The notes under the pieces: generated by a model | The model's database searches: none | Seen by the model: only the letters and a program-made list of their open reading frames with translations | Told to the model about the DNA's origin: nothing | Made by a program: the position numbers and the translations under genes | Shown: positions 53,615 through 64,000 of the stretch, one piece after another | How positions within the stretch are numbered: position 1 is the stretch's first letter | Layout of the letters: each line of letters starts with the position of its first letter | Assembly: GCA_937625935.1 (NCBI GenBank) | Contig: OW569359.1 | Location: forward strand, 62,001 to 126,000 | Length of the DNA stretch: 64,000 bases | Origin: Tetramitus jugosus | Taxonomy: Eukaryota; Protista; Heterolobosea | Reading direction: 5' to 3'

Positions 53615-56600
53615 ATGTCCCAGATCGCTATGATACCCTCGAGTAGCGATTACACTAACACCAACACGACATTATCCTCATTCAAAATCAATGGAGGAGT
53701 GGGTCTAACGTTACTGATCAACTCACTGATCAGTCTGTTACTTGTTGTCGTGTTCGCCACTTGTTTGCAACCGCGACTCTCCCTGTTCAACACGAAGAAA
53801 AAGTCTCATTTATACAGAAACATCTTGGAAAAGGATAATGTCAATGATGTTGAAACAGGAGAATCGAAGGACGACATGCGGCGACTGTATAGAGATGATG
53901 ACGATACGTTTGACCAATTATTACCATTAAGCAGTGTCAATGACACTGAAAGTAACGAGAGCTATTGGAAAAGAATGAAAATTTACTGTTGGGAATGTTT
54001 TCGCTTTCGAACTCAATTTCTTCTGTATTGCATCAAAACTCTCTTGTTCCCCAGTTATCGCAGCAGAGATCGGACCTACATGAGCAAGAAATTTGGTCGC
54101 GACATGGGTACTTACTTGTTTTTTGAGCAACAAATGATCTATGCAATGACGGTATGTGCTTTCATTGGATTTTCAATTCTATTGCCTGTTCATATCACTG
54201 GAACAGTGCCACAAGTGCTTGGATCATCGACAAATGACCAAGCAGATGTACTCTCTAGTTACAATCGAACCAAGATTGATACTCCTCTGCTCATCACGAG
54301 TATCAACATGAGAATTACGGAGCCAGATATCTTGTGTATTCATGTCATACTGTCCGTTGTCTTTGTGTTTGTATTCATCTATTTCATGGTGTGGCAGTTT
54401 CTGTTTGAACCACTGATTCATCGCATCCGGGTGTTCGACACAAATGTGGATGAAGAACAGAGCTTGCTCGACTCATCGCACCATAGTAAGGCTCTCTGGT
54501 TTACAAAGTTGCAGGAAGCAAATTATGCGAGACCAGTTCGATTTCATATGAATCTTGTTGGACTGTCTCTGGCAAGGAACGAGTTCAATGATGGTCAACC
54601 CACTAGGCAATCTCTCTCTTCTCCTTATGCTGTGTATATTTACAAGGTGCCAAGTTACAAGACCCAGCAGAGTTTTGTGCATGTCATTACAGCAGCATTG
54701 TTGAATATGCCCGATGGAGCAAGGTTGACCTCAAAGATTGCAAAAATTGTAGCGATACCCAACGTGAAGAAGAGATTGGACATGGAGGACAAAATGATTC
54801 ACTATCGTCTAAAGTTGGAACAAGTGAAGTCCATGAAGGAATCCCAACGTGAATACAATCCAATAGTGACTCTTTGTTGTCAACGAGATGCCTATGGGGA
54901 GAATGATGGCACAACATGGAAACTAAGGAAAAAGATTGATGCTGTAAAGTATTACAGCAAGCATATTGAGCTGTTAGAGCACGATATCAAACATTGGAAC
55001 TCTGGATACATGAATTCCTTCGTGAAAGGAGGAGAATCCAAGTATTCGGAACCTCTGCCTATCGAGGATGATGTGAAATCAAAGTATCTTCACGCGACTA
55101 AATGCAGTGGATGTGGTTTCGTGATCTTCCAGACAACTGAGGCTGCAAATGCGTTTGTGCAATACTATGAAGCAATTGGTATTGGTTTAACCCAGAAAAC
55201 GATCAAAAAGGGAGTGGACAACCATTGGACCAGTAAAATCAAACCACAAAGGAAGCTCGACAAAGAGCAAATGCAAAGAGAAGAACAGTTGAGTGATATA
55301 GATCCCAATGCTCCAAACGTAATTGACTCTGATAGTCAAACTATCATTGTCGACTTTAGAAAGGAATCGAAACGATGTTTGAAGGAATCAGATCACATGA
55401 ACCAACTCACATTTCCAACAATGGGAGTGAAACGAGTGAATTTTGAACCTGAGGATGTTGATTGGCTTGCTCTCTTCTCTAAACACAAGCTAAACAAGTA
55501 TCCGAGTGCCATCAAAAAGTTTTCCATCTATCTAACAATACTCGTACTGTTCGTGCTCTTTTCGTCGCCCTTGATTGCACTATCTGGCGCACAGACACTA
55601 ATTGGCCTGGATCTCATCAATATATCTAAATCATGGTTCGAGAGGCTAACTGGGACTTTGGGAACAATATTTTTTCAATACTTACCAACACTATTTGTGT
55701 TGGCTTGCACGGGTTTGTTGCCCATGTTGATCATTAAGTTGACCATGTTAACACCGCATATGACATACTCTGTCGTTCAAAGAGAAGTCATGAAACGAAC
55801 TTATGTGTATTTGATATTGAGTACTCTGATACTTCCAAGGTATATTCTATTGATTCTATCTGCTCTCTTAATTCTTAATCTAACTAACCTCATCACCACG
55901 TGTATCCATTATCAGTCTTTTGTTGACCTCAATACAGGGAGTAACTTCTTACTTGAATGACAAGCTTCCAGTTAAACAAGTATTTAGTCAGTTATTCCTC
56001 CCAGCATCTGGAAGCTTCTTCATCAACCTTATCCTTCAAAAAGCATTGCTGAAAAATACTTTGGATCTATATCGAATGGAAGATCTGATAGTCTATCTAT
56101 GGACTACAAGATTTACTTCACCCATATGGGACTTATTTGGAATCAGAAGATATTTGACACCAGTTCAGCGATTGAAAGCGGCCGAAGCAACTGCGCTCTA
56201 TGTCGAATACGAATACAGTTACATGCACTGGATTACAAGTATCTCACTTGCTTATAGCATGTTCTCTCCTATTGTACTATTGTGTGGTCTGCTGTACTTT
56301 ATCTACAAGTACTATGTGGACCGATACATCATATTGGACACCTATTCTCACAGAAGAGAAAACTCATTGTCAGGTGCAGCCTTTGGATTAAAATCAGATT
56401 ATATTGCACAACATCGAATGGCAGAGAGCAACATGGTGCTTGTCTTAGGTAACTTATTCATATTTTCGTTCTTCCAAGCAGCATTCTATGGTTCAAAGGT
56501 ACCTACTGACTCTCGATTCATTGTTCACACATCCGTAACAGGCCTTATGAGTTTCTCTCTCCTGATTCTCATACCTGCTACGAGATATGTCATGAAGAGA

Positions 56601-56744
56601 ATCAGAAGAACTCAAATTGAACTGAGCACTCGACCTAACGACGTCGAACAGCAAATTTCGAGCTCGATTGCAAAGAGGTGGTACGAACCATGTACCACAT
56701 ATGATTTTATCCCACCGATTCCCCAACCATGTTCTTCCGCATAG
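53615..56744 (+). CDS. OSCA/TMEM63/CSC1 mechanosensitive channel; intron 55840-55915
   Basis: FGRDMGTYLFF, ILLPVHITG, GCGFVIF, EPEDVDW, LF.SSP, GSFFIN, YSMFSPIVLLCGLLYFIYKYYVDRY. Confidence 0.9.
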
Positions 56745-56846
56745 GGGTATGGACACAATTACAAAACTACCCAACTGCTGTTAAAGCTTGAAAGTTTTTA
56801 TGATGCGTTAAAATAAATAAATGAAAGAGCAGGTTGTAACATACTC

Positions 56847-57923
56847 CTATGAAAACATGTCACCACCATAGGAAGCTCTTCGAATCAAGCTTCCATCTGC
56901 ACTTGCTCTCGGAGTACTCACAGCACTCGTTGTATTTAACTGCTGCAACCGAGCAAGATAAGTATCCTCTGTTCTACCAGAAGCACAACCACTATCGCCA
57001 CCACCATCTGTTGCTGATGCTACTGTATCACTACCACCACTGTTTCGAACAGCAGAGCTATAATAATGGTAACCACCGACAAACACATCAGACAAGTCAT
57101 GATCATAATTTAGTCTTCTTGTTGTCATCTCTGGTGTAGTCATTGTTGCATGGTACTCTGAGCCAGTGTTGTTCAAAGTGTTTGTCATTGTTCTTGTTGT
57201 TGTTGTTGTTGATCGATGCATATGAGGATGGGCATCAGGATGATGATCATTATTGTTGTTATTGTTGGTGCTGCTATAGCTATAGCTATCACTCTCAAAC
57301 GTCATTGCATCATCTTCAAAATCACCATCCTCATAATCATCCATTAAGCTGCCTGTGCCTATGTTCGAAGTGCCTGAAGGAGCTGTGCTGAGGTCAATGT
57401 TCATGCCAGCTCCTCCCAGTGATGCGCCACTGCCGTTTGACTCATATGTTTCGTGGTTGTCATCCGTATATTCTTCTTCGCCGTCATCTTCATCGTCATC
57501 AGCGTTATTGTAGTTGGATCCAACCACGATTCCCGCCATACTTTTCTCCGACTCGTGAATGGATTGGAGCAAATCTTTCCGATTGTCCAAAACGTTGAGA
57601 GATACCATGGAAGAAGAAATGGTAGAGATAGATGGCGTTCCCAACACCAATCCTACACTCTGATGATTATTTACATGTGAAAGAGAAGAGGCTTGATTAT
57701 TCCGAATAGACAAATAATTCTCCTCCAACAATCGGACTTGAGCATCCAAGAGTTGCGTTTCTGCATCGAGCTTGTGTGTCGTTGATGCAGAATGTCTACT
57801 CTGTTGATTGAGCCACATTCCGTGCACGGACTGACAGCTCACAGACTGATGGAACAACGAAGGAAGCATTTTTGGCACAAAACCGTGTAAGTATTTTTTG
57901 TTATTTCGCCAATCCTCCGACAT
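56847..57923 (-). CDS. Hypothetical low-complexity (S/T/D/N-rich) protein
   Basis: Long ORF with trinucleotide-coded low-complexity tracts; start uncertain. Confidence 0.5.
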   Translation of the reverse strand: MSEDWRNNKKYLHGFVPKMLPSLFHQSVSCQSVHGMWLNQQSRHSASTTHKLDAETQLLDAQVRLLEENYLSIRNNQASSLSHVNNHQSVGLVLGTPSISTISSSMVSLNVLDNRKDLLQSIHESEKSMAGIVVGSNYNNADDDEDDGEEEYTDDNHETYESNGSGASLGGAGMNIDLSTAPSGTSNIGTGSLMDDYEDGDFEDDAMTFESDSYSYSSTNNNNNNDHHPDAHPHMHRSTTTTTRTMTNTLNNTGSEYHATMTTPEMTTRRLNYDHDLSDVFVGGYHYYSSAVRNSGGSDTVASATDGGGDSGCASGRTEDTYLARLQQLNTTSAVSTPRASADGSLIRRASYGGDMFS

Positions 57924-58488
57924 GAACTGACAAGTGTCACTGGGCAAACAAGTACCGTGACGTCATGCTTGTGTGGCAGCACAAACCACTAACAGAACGG
58001 AAAATTTTGAAAACATCCGCAAAGTCTCCCAATCTTTCTTCCTTGCGTCTTGACTCACCTTCCAGTGTTGTACTGGTCCCTGCGTGTGCGACATTTGCCG
58101 TATCCCACTCCCACAAACGTCAGCAGCTCTCCAGCAAGCAAAACTCCACCTCATCCAACCAACACCAGAGGTCACCACTCTCATCACACAATCCGTTCTG
58201 GCCTCTTTTCCTCCAACAACACAACAACAGCGCATTCCATTATTCTCCCGTTGTGTCTGTCATCATCATTCCATCACCAAGTTTTTGCATTGCCCACCAA
58301 CCAAAACCGAACTCAACAACCAACCTGTCTGGAATCACTACACACAACACACCACCAGACAATCTGAACTCCTCCTTATCCGAACACTCATACTTATCCA
58401 TTATTTGAAGTGTACTCTATTTATACCAATTTGACCTCAACGAAAAACACTCGAAAAACAAGCAGAACAATAATATTACATCCTATCG

Positions 58489-59727
58489 ATGAAGAACCGT
58501 TTTGAGCTTTCGCCTTCACCGCCACCGACTGCCATTTCGCACCATCATCACCACCACCACCATGCTCAACAACAACAACACTCTCCACTAGTAGTCAACT
58601 CCCCACTCTCGCAACAACAATCATCATCACTCGCGCATCATCACAGTCAACAACAACAAGCGTCTCCCTTCATGTTCTCATCAATGAACACTGCCGCTCA
58701 CAGATCATCATCCATGTTCTCTCAACAACACAATCAACATCATCATCACAATAGTCATCATTATCCAAACTTTCAACCTTCCTTTGCCAATTATCATCAT
58801 CAACAACAATTGATGCAACAAATGATAAACAACAATAATCAAAACAATAACAACAACAACAACAATGGCAATCACTCTGCTACATCGTCATTTGTGGTGA
58901 TTGGTGGTCAACCATCCACTTTATCGACAACAACGAGTGTGATCCACCAACAAGGTCATCCCTTTGCAAGTAGTAGTAGTTCATTAGCCATGAATAACAA
59001 TAATAATAACATGATTACGAACACTGCGAATAGCAATAACACTGCTACAATGAACACAAGTGTGATCACTGCTACAGATTCTGTTGTAGCTCCTGGAATT
59101 GTCTCTGTTTCTGTTGCTAGTTCAGGTGCCAACAGTGCAAGCAACTCTCCTACATTGGCCATCGTAGCAAACACGACTGGTGTGTTAGCAAAGGAAGAAA
59201 AACAATACAAAAATGCATCAGAAATCGTCATGTTTTCTGTGTTGATGATCATGCAGTTTGTATTGTTTGTTGTATCGCAAGATTTTATGCCCAATTATTT
59301 TACGCCTGCTTCTGTGCTTTATTTGAGCAGCGCAACAGGAATCATTTATCATTTGGGTCGATTGAATTACAATGCCAACTCTGCTGAAAAGAGCGCGCCA
59401 ACAGAAACTCCTGCTGCAGAAGCGGATAAATTTATGATGTCATCTACAACGATGATTAATCATCGTTGGGCACTGAGAGCTACAATGAAAAGATTGAATC
59501 AAATTCGCGTTAGAATTTGGTGGATTAGCAACGCTGGATATTTAATGAGCTGCACGATGCTTCTATGCTCTTCGTTGCACCTCGTGACTACACACCCTGA
59601 GATTGTCGTTGATTTGTCAGTTGGAATTCCAATGATGTTTGTGAGCTTGCATGCACTGTTGTCTGCAGGTCTTTGCACCTATCTCTTGGAGTTTATTATT
59701 GGCGCATCATCAAAGATTACAATCTAA
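58489..59727 (+). CDS. Protein with a H/Q/N low-complexity N-terminus and about 4 C-terminal TM helices
   Basis: Poly-H, poly-Q and poly-N tracts; hydrophobic C-terminal segments. Confidence 0.6.
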   Translation: MKNRFELSPSPPPTAISHHHHHHHHAQQQQHSPLVVNSPLSQQQSSSLAHHHSQQQQASPFMFSSMNTAAHRSSSMFSQQHNQHHHHNSHHYPNFQPSFANYHHQQQLMQQMINNNNQNNNNNNNNGNHSATSSFVVIGGQPSTLSTTTSVIHQQGHPFASSSSSLAMNNNNNNMITNTANSNNTATMNTSVITATDSVVAPGIVSVSVASSGANSASNSPTLAIVANTTGVLAKEEKQYKNASEIVMFSVLMIMQFVLFVVSQDFMPNYFTPASVLYLSSATGIIYHLGRLNYNANSAEKSAPTETPAAEADKFMMSSTTMINHRWALRATMKRLNQIRVRIWWISNAGYLMSCTMLLCSSLHLVTTHPEIVVDLSVGIPMMFVSLHALLSAGLCTYLLEFIIGASSKITI

Positions 59728-60204
59728 AGCGACAGTGTAATTCACATGTAGCTGTGTGTTGCATCTATTGTCGTAGGACATTATATCTCCAATGATTTGT
59801 GCTTTGCTTGTTGCTGAGATGTCATTTTCGAAGCATAATCCGCATTTGCATTTTGGCAAAACATGCTGCTCTTGAATGTTCAACTTCTCACTTATTTCAA
59901 TTTGAAAACTCCAGGGAGTAATCGAATATGAGATTGTCAGCATTCAGAAGTGACATTAGGTCACGAGTAATTGGAGCAAACTGTTACCAGTGGACACTCT
60001 ATCCAGTAGAGAGACGAGTCTTACTTATGACATGTTCGAAGGTTTCATGTCAAAGGGACATTCAATAGAATAAATCTCTCTTGTCACAACTTTGAACTTC
60101 TTCAAACGATGTTGATTGCTTGACTGTAATTTTTCCGTTGCAGCGTTTTTTGGCGGGAAACAAACCTACAATTTCAAGCAGTTCTCCTTTCGTTTTCTCA
60201 AAGA

Positions 60205-60660
60205 ATGGAGTACACAAAATGTAAGTATGAAGGAGAGGTCATACATGGCCGTATGGAATCCAAGAATGCCACATTTCTGTTTAGCCCTGAAACTGGGATG
60301 AAGTATCAGGGAGAGATGAAAGATGGAATGTTTCATGGTAAAGGTGTCATTACCTTGAAGAATGGAGCTCGGATTGAAGGGGAATGGAAGGTTGGATTGC
60401 TCGTGTCTAGGCAGTACATTTACAGTGACGGTCTCGAATTTAATGAGCAGGTTGATGAGTGGGACTACTGCCAAGCAGGTAACGAACCGGATCGACGGTT
60501 CTATGAGGAGCGTATCAATGAAAAGAAACAAATGAGTAATCTGGAGGAGGATTGGGGATCAAAAACCTCTGAGAGTGGAGTGCAACCAGCCATACCAGAT
60601 GAACGTCAGATTGATACACTCAGCGACGAACTTCATAGAAAACATAACATCGCCATGTAA
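60205..60660 (+). CDS. MORN5: MORN repeat protein 5-like (cilia-associated)
   Basis: MEYT..KY.GE...GRME, YQGEMKDGMFHGKG, YSDGL, WDYC....DRRFYEE. Confidence 0.8.
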   Translation: MEYTKCKYEGEVIHGRMESKNATFLFSPETGMKYQGEMKDGMFHGKGVITLKNGARIEGEWKVGLLVSRQYIYSDGLEFNEQVDEWDYCQAGNEPDRRFYEERINEKKQMSNLEEDWGSKTSESGVQPAIPDERQIDTLSDELHRKHNIAM

Positions 60661-60707
60661 ACCACAACTGCCAATTTGGTGAGTGATAAGTGTACAAATT
60701 GAAGCAT

Positions 60708-62402
60708 TCAGAGTTTTAAAACTATTTTGCCAATGTTGGGATACTGTTCTACTCTTCTGTGCGCCTCTCGAACCTTCTCCAGTGGGAACGTATTAGCAAT
60801 CTTGATATCAATCGTATTCGAGTTCACTTGCTGAATCAATTGAGTCAGCATGTGAAGATACCGTCCTTGTTGTGCGCAAGATAAAACATAGCTCTGCTCA
60901 AACAAGAATGCAACTCTTCCATTCTTCATGTACAAATTCTTATAGTGAGCCATATTTAACTGACTAATAGGCGTTGTATAATAGTCGTCACTATTATCCT
61001 CACTATTACTCGACTGATATGAGGATTGATCGTCTTGGTTTGATGTCGGTCCAAACGGACAATGAGGCATCACAATTGTTCCATTCAATCCCAATATTGA
61101 TATAAAAGCATCGAGCATCGATACATCTTCATTGTTCGATCCTATGGTCCCATCCAACAACACTGCATCGACGCCCATTCCTCCTGTTTCTTGCATAATG
61201 TACTGCTCAATATTGTCAACATGTCTCGTGTCGATAATCACCAATGAGTTTGATGATTTCTTAATTGATGACGGATCACTCACATTAGTACCGTTGGAGA
61301 TATTAGTACCGACATGGCTTTCATCTTCATTCAACTCTCTATCGGCAGCGGTCATAAAATCACTCAAAATGTTATATTCGGCATCAGAGCTCACTGTCGC
61401 CCAAACATTCAAATTCAACAAAAGAGCCAATTGAACCGTGAAGCTCTGAATAGGATTGGCTCCATTCTGAACAAACAATGAACATCCTCTCTGTAAATGC
61501 TTACAATGGTCAAACAAGCAAGAGTAAGCCCTGATTCCACTCAATAAGCAGCTTGAAGCTTTTTCAAATGACATCTCTTCTGGAATTTTGACCACAAAGT
61601 GAGCATCAATTGTCACATAGTCGCTGTAACCGCCACCACCTCTTGAGAACAGATCACTCTCGCTATTGTGATCATCATCGTCATCATCACTATTGTCATT
61701 TTTGACCTTTTTGGCACTTTTCATCAAGTGAGAAGAAGCAGGAGGAGAAGAGGAATAAAACAGGTTGATTCGACTCTGTTCAACGAGACGTTCTCTCTGT
61801 CTCAATAGCTTTGCTTCTTCATCCGTTTCATCCTCCTGACTATCCTCACTGTCAAACGAGCTAGCACGTGCCACTTTGCGTCCATTGTGACTTTTTGGAG
61901 AGTGCACGGGCGGAGTGTTGCTTGGCGCCGTAGTGCGGTGCAGAATGTGGTGATCGAGCGGTAAAATTGCCGCCACATGATCTCCCAATTGAAACTTTTG
62001 CGACGCAATGTCGCTGCCAACAGAGACAACAACACCTGAAATTTCATATCCCATGACAAAGCCCAGCGTGTTGTTACTGTTATTGTTCCCTTGATTTTTG
62101 GGAGATGTGAGAAAGGAGAACATGCCCTTACGCACTTGAATATCAAGATGACTAACAGCACAAGACTTTACTTGAATGACAAGTTGATTGGCATTGTGGT
62201 GAAGGTGATCAACGGGAACATGATGACTCGAAGCTTTCTGGTGATGTTGCCATATCGATGATGATTTTTGGTGATCACCACCACTTTTGCTTGTGGAAGC
62301 AGAAGAAGCTTTTTTGATCTTGTTGTGGGTGCCGCTTCTGGAGCTAACATAGTGGAGTTGATCCACCGATCCATAAGCTTGCAAAATGACACTTCTTTGC
62401 AT
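60708..62402 (-). CDS. CRYZL1-like quinone oxidoreductase (MDR family) with insertions
   Basis: VKSCAVS, GYEISGVV..VG, GDHVAAILPLD, GIRAYSCL, ETGGMGVD, LS..QQGRYLH.L, GKIVL. Confidence 0.8.
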   Translation of the reverse strand: MQRSVILQAYGSVDQLHYVSSRSGTHNKIKKASSASTSKSGGDHQKSSSIWQHHQKASSHHVPVDHLHHNANQLVIQVKSCAVSHLDIQVRKGMFSFLTSPKNQGNNNSNNTLGFVMGYEISGVVVSVGSDIASQKFQLGDHVAAILPLDHHILHRTTAPSNTPPVHSPKSHNGRKVARASSFDSEDSQEDETDEEAKLLRQRERLVEQSRINLFYSSSPPASSHLMKSAKKVKNDNSDDDDDDHNSESDLFSRGGGGYSDYVTIDAHFVVKIPEEMSFEKASSCLLSGIRAYSCLFDHCKHLQRGCSLFVQNGANPIQSFTVQLALLLNLNVWATVSSDAEYNILSDFMTAADRELNEDESHVGTNISNGTNVSDPSSIKKSSNSLVIIDTRHVDNIEQYIMQETGGMGVDAVLLDGTIGSNNEDVSMLDAFISILGLNGTIVMPHCPFGPTSNQDDQSSYQSSNSEDNSDDYYTTPISQLNMAHYKNLYMKNGRVAFLFEQSYVLSCAQQGRYLHMLTQLIQQVNSNTIDIKIANTFPLEKVREAHRRVEQYPNIGKIVLKL

Positions 62403-62818
62403 GTCTGTGTGAGCGGAAATTTTTCCAAAGAACTTTGCTGCCAAAGTTTGTGTGGGGTGCGCACTTCTTTTCTTATCGCTCCGTCACTTTTCAGTTCTCA
62501 GCAAAAGAAAGGATATGGAGCTACCCACCATGCAGCAGTAGATGATAGTTTCCAAGCCAGCCAACTATCCAACTGGGAGTGATCAGCTTAAAATTGTCGA
62601 GTCGTTTACGACCGGAAACAAATCGTTGGCTCTGAAATGGCAAACGATGTCAAGAAACTACCTAAAAACCCGCACCAAATCGTCACATGTCACAACTTTG
62701 ACCCAACAGGAAGAAAGTGCGTGCGACTGGGGTGGGCTTGGCAAGATCCTTGTGTGGGCTACTACTAGAAACAAAACTTTCGTGGGTGTGGGAGTTCGTC
62801 TTTCAAAACAAAATCGTC

Positions 62819-64000
62819 ATGTTATCGTCTATCCAAAGATTTTCAGTTCTCTTCTGGGGATTCTGCTGTTGTTCTCTGTTGGTGTTGTCATTGGTTAATG
62901 TGCTGGCTGTATCTCAGGTGGCAGCTGTTGCCACTAAAGGTTCGTTTGGAAACGTTCGATTTCCTTATCGCTCACACAGCTTTGGTATGACGGGTGAGAT
63001 CTCTTTTGATCTGTATAACCAATCATCCATCTTCATGAGTGGTCAGCCGCTCATTGAAATGTCTTTGGATCCTGCTCTCAACAATATTACCTCCGTGTTT
63101 TTAACAAAGTTTAACAACGAGTTGAACTCATACGAGTGGCTCGTATCATTCAACAAGGCTGACCATGTTAAAATTTATGGCGTAAAGGCAGTTGACTCTG
63201 AGAATGTCCTTGTCTTGGGTGTTTATTCGAAAAAGGTGGACATGTATGGCTTCAATGATTCCTCTGTGATTGATAATAACATGTTTCTGGCAAAGCATGG
63301 ACCTATGGGTCAAGTGATTTGGGCCGAGTCCTCATTCCGAGGCTCAGGTATAGTTCCAGGTGATATCAAGGTTGATGAGACGGATGGCTCTATTTTCGTT
63401 TCTGGTTACTTCTACGGTAGTGTCAATTTCACATCTACCTTCCAAGATCCATATTCCTCAAACAATAGATTGTTTGTGGCCAAGTTTTCTTCCACAGGAG
63501 AGTATGAATGGGTAGTCACTAGCAATGCTATCGATGGTACATTCATTGATACAAGTTCTGACGTAGTCTATATCGGAGGTTTATTTGGATTCGATGCTGA
63601 TTTTGGACAACATAGGTTGACAAGTAACACCAGCAACGTCAATGCCTTCGTTGGAATGTTGAACAAAACTGATGGTGAGTGGCTAGGAGTTGTCAGTCTC
63701 GCAGGTGATTATGACACTTATGTCAGGGGAATGATTGTAAACTCAGTGGGAAATGTGTATGTGGACTTACAATCATGGCCTGAAAAAGATAGAGCGGATA
63801 CAAAGTTGATTCGACTAAATAGCAATCTTGGTAACAGACAAGATTTGATTGAGAAAAAGAATCAAGTTCTATCATGGGAAAAATGTGGACTAGCTCTGGC
63901 ATCCAATGATAACGTTCTTCTGTTATCTGTTGCTAATTCTGACAAGGACCCTTCAGTTGGACCATATACTCAAACAACCACTTCTTATGATTCAAGTGGA
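62819..64000 (+). CDS. Secreted beta-propeller (SBBP-like repeat) protein, runs off the window end
   Basis: Manual translation from ATG 62819: signal peptide; repeats such as MFLAKHGPMGQVIWA, IFVSGYFYGSVNF..LFVAKFSSTGEYEWV, AFVGMLNKTDGEWLGV. Confidence 0.7.
   Translation, partial: MLSSIQRFSVLFWGFCCCSLLVLSLVNVLAVSQVAAVATKGSFGNVRFPYRSHSFGMTGEISFDLYNQSSIFMSGQPLIEMSLDPALNNITSVFLTKFNNELNSYEWLVSFNKADHVKIYGVKAVDSENVLVLGVYSKKVDMYGFNDSSVIDNNMFLAKHGPMGQVIWAESSFRGSGIVPGDIKVDETDGSIFVSGYFYGSVNFTSTFQDPYSSNNRLFVAKFSSTGEYEWVVTSNAIDGTFIDTSSDVVYIGGLFGFDADFGQHRLTSNTSNVNAFVGMLNKTDGEWLGVVSLAGDYDTYVRGMIVNSVGNVYVDLQSWPEKDRADTKLIRLNSNLGNRQDLIEKKNQVLSWEKCGLALASNDNVLLLSVANSDKDPSVGPYTQTTTSYDSSG

Noticed and set aside
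56847-58235. In-frame TGA joining ORFs 57963-58235 and 56847-57947 (also TGA stops at 26888 and 29914): possible Sec or TGA reassignment
   Set aside because: TGA terminates credible genes (24555, 60708); the other cases lie in clearly decayed sequences; no SECIS or selenoprotein motif seen; the upstream ORF looks non-coding
58489-59060. CAA/CAT/AAC trinucleotide runs here and in other genes (e.g. 48640-48680, 49840-49910)
   Set aside because: Ordinary coding low-complexity tracts, not arrays; no CRISPR-like repeat-spacer structure anywhere in the window

Overview
Gene-dense nuclear DNA from a eukaryotic microbe. It has short GT-AG introns with CTAAC-like branch points, many head-to-head genes, and RB, PUS7, YEATS, ARL8, Rac and MORN5 homologs; a Discoba/heterolobosean-like protist is my impression only. 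About 38 protein genes, several pseudogenes and two tRNAs are supported. Highlights: (1) an apparently intact Fanzor1 RNA-guided nuclease gene (642 aa, RuvC D378/E541/D592) is the sole cargo of a 2.67-kb transposon with perfect 13-bp TIRs and flanking TTAA (GG..CC termini, Kolobok-like). It has a foldable omega-RNA between the stop codon and the right end. (2) A non-LTR retrotransposon system appears to target tRNA genes. Both tRNA genes (Val-AAC, Leu-AAG) carry a retroelement head-to-head about 40-50 bp upstream: one is an ORF1-only non-autonomous element and the other a 5'-truncated zf-RVT LINE, and the two share a 3' tail. A younger ORF1-only copy with a perfect TSD is nested in a second LINE remnant. 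(3) A xanthine/hypoxanthine PRTase and a Bacteroidota-like GMP synthase form a head-to-head pair. (4) There are mosaic tandem paralog clusters (F-box/SPRY; Mpo1-like membrane proteins) and a decayed accessory island. All family assignments come from motif recognition by eye; no searches were run.
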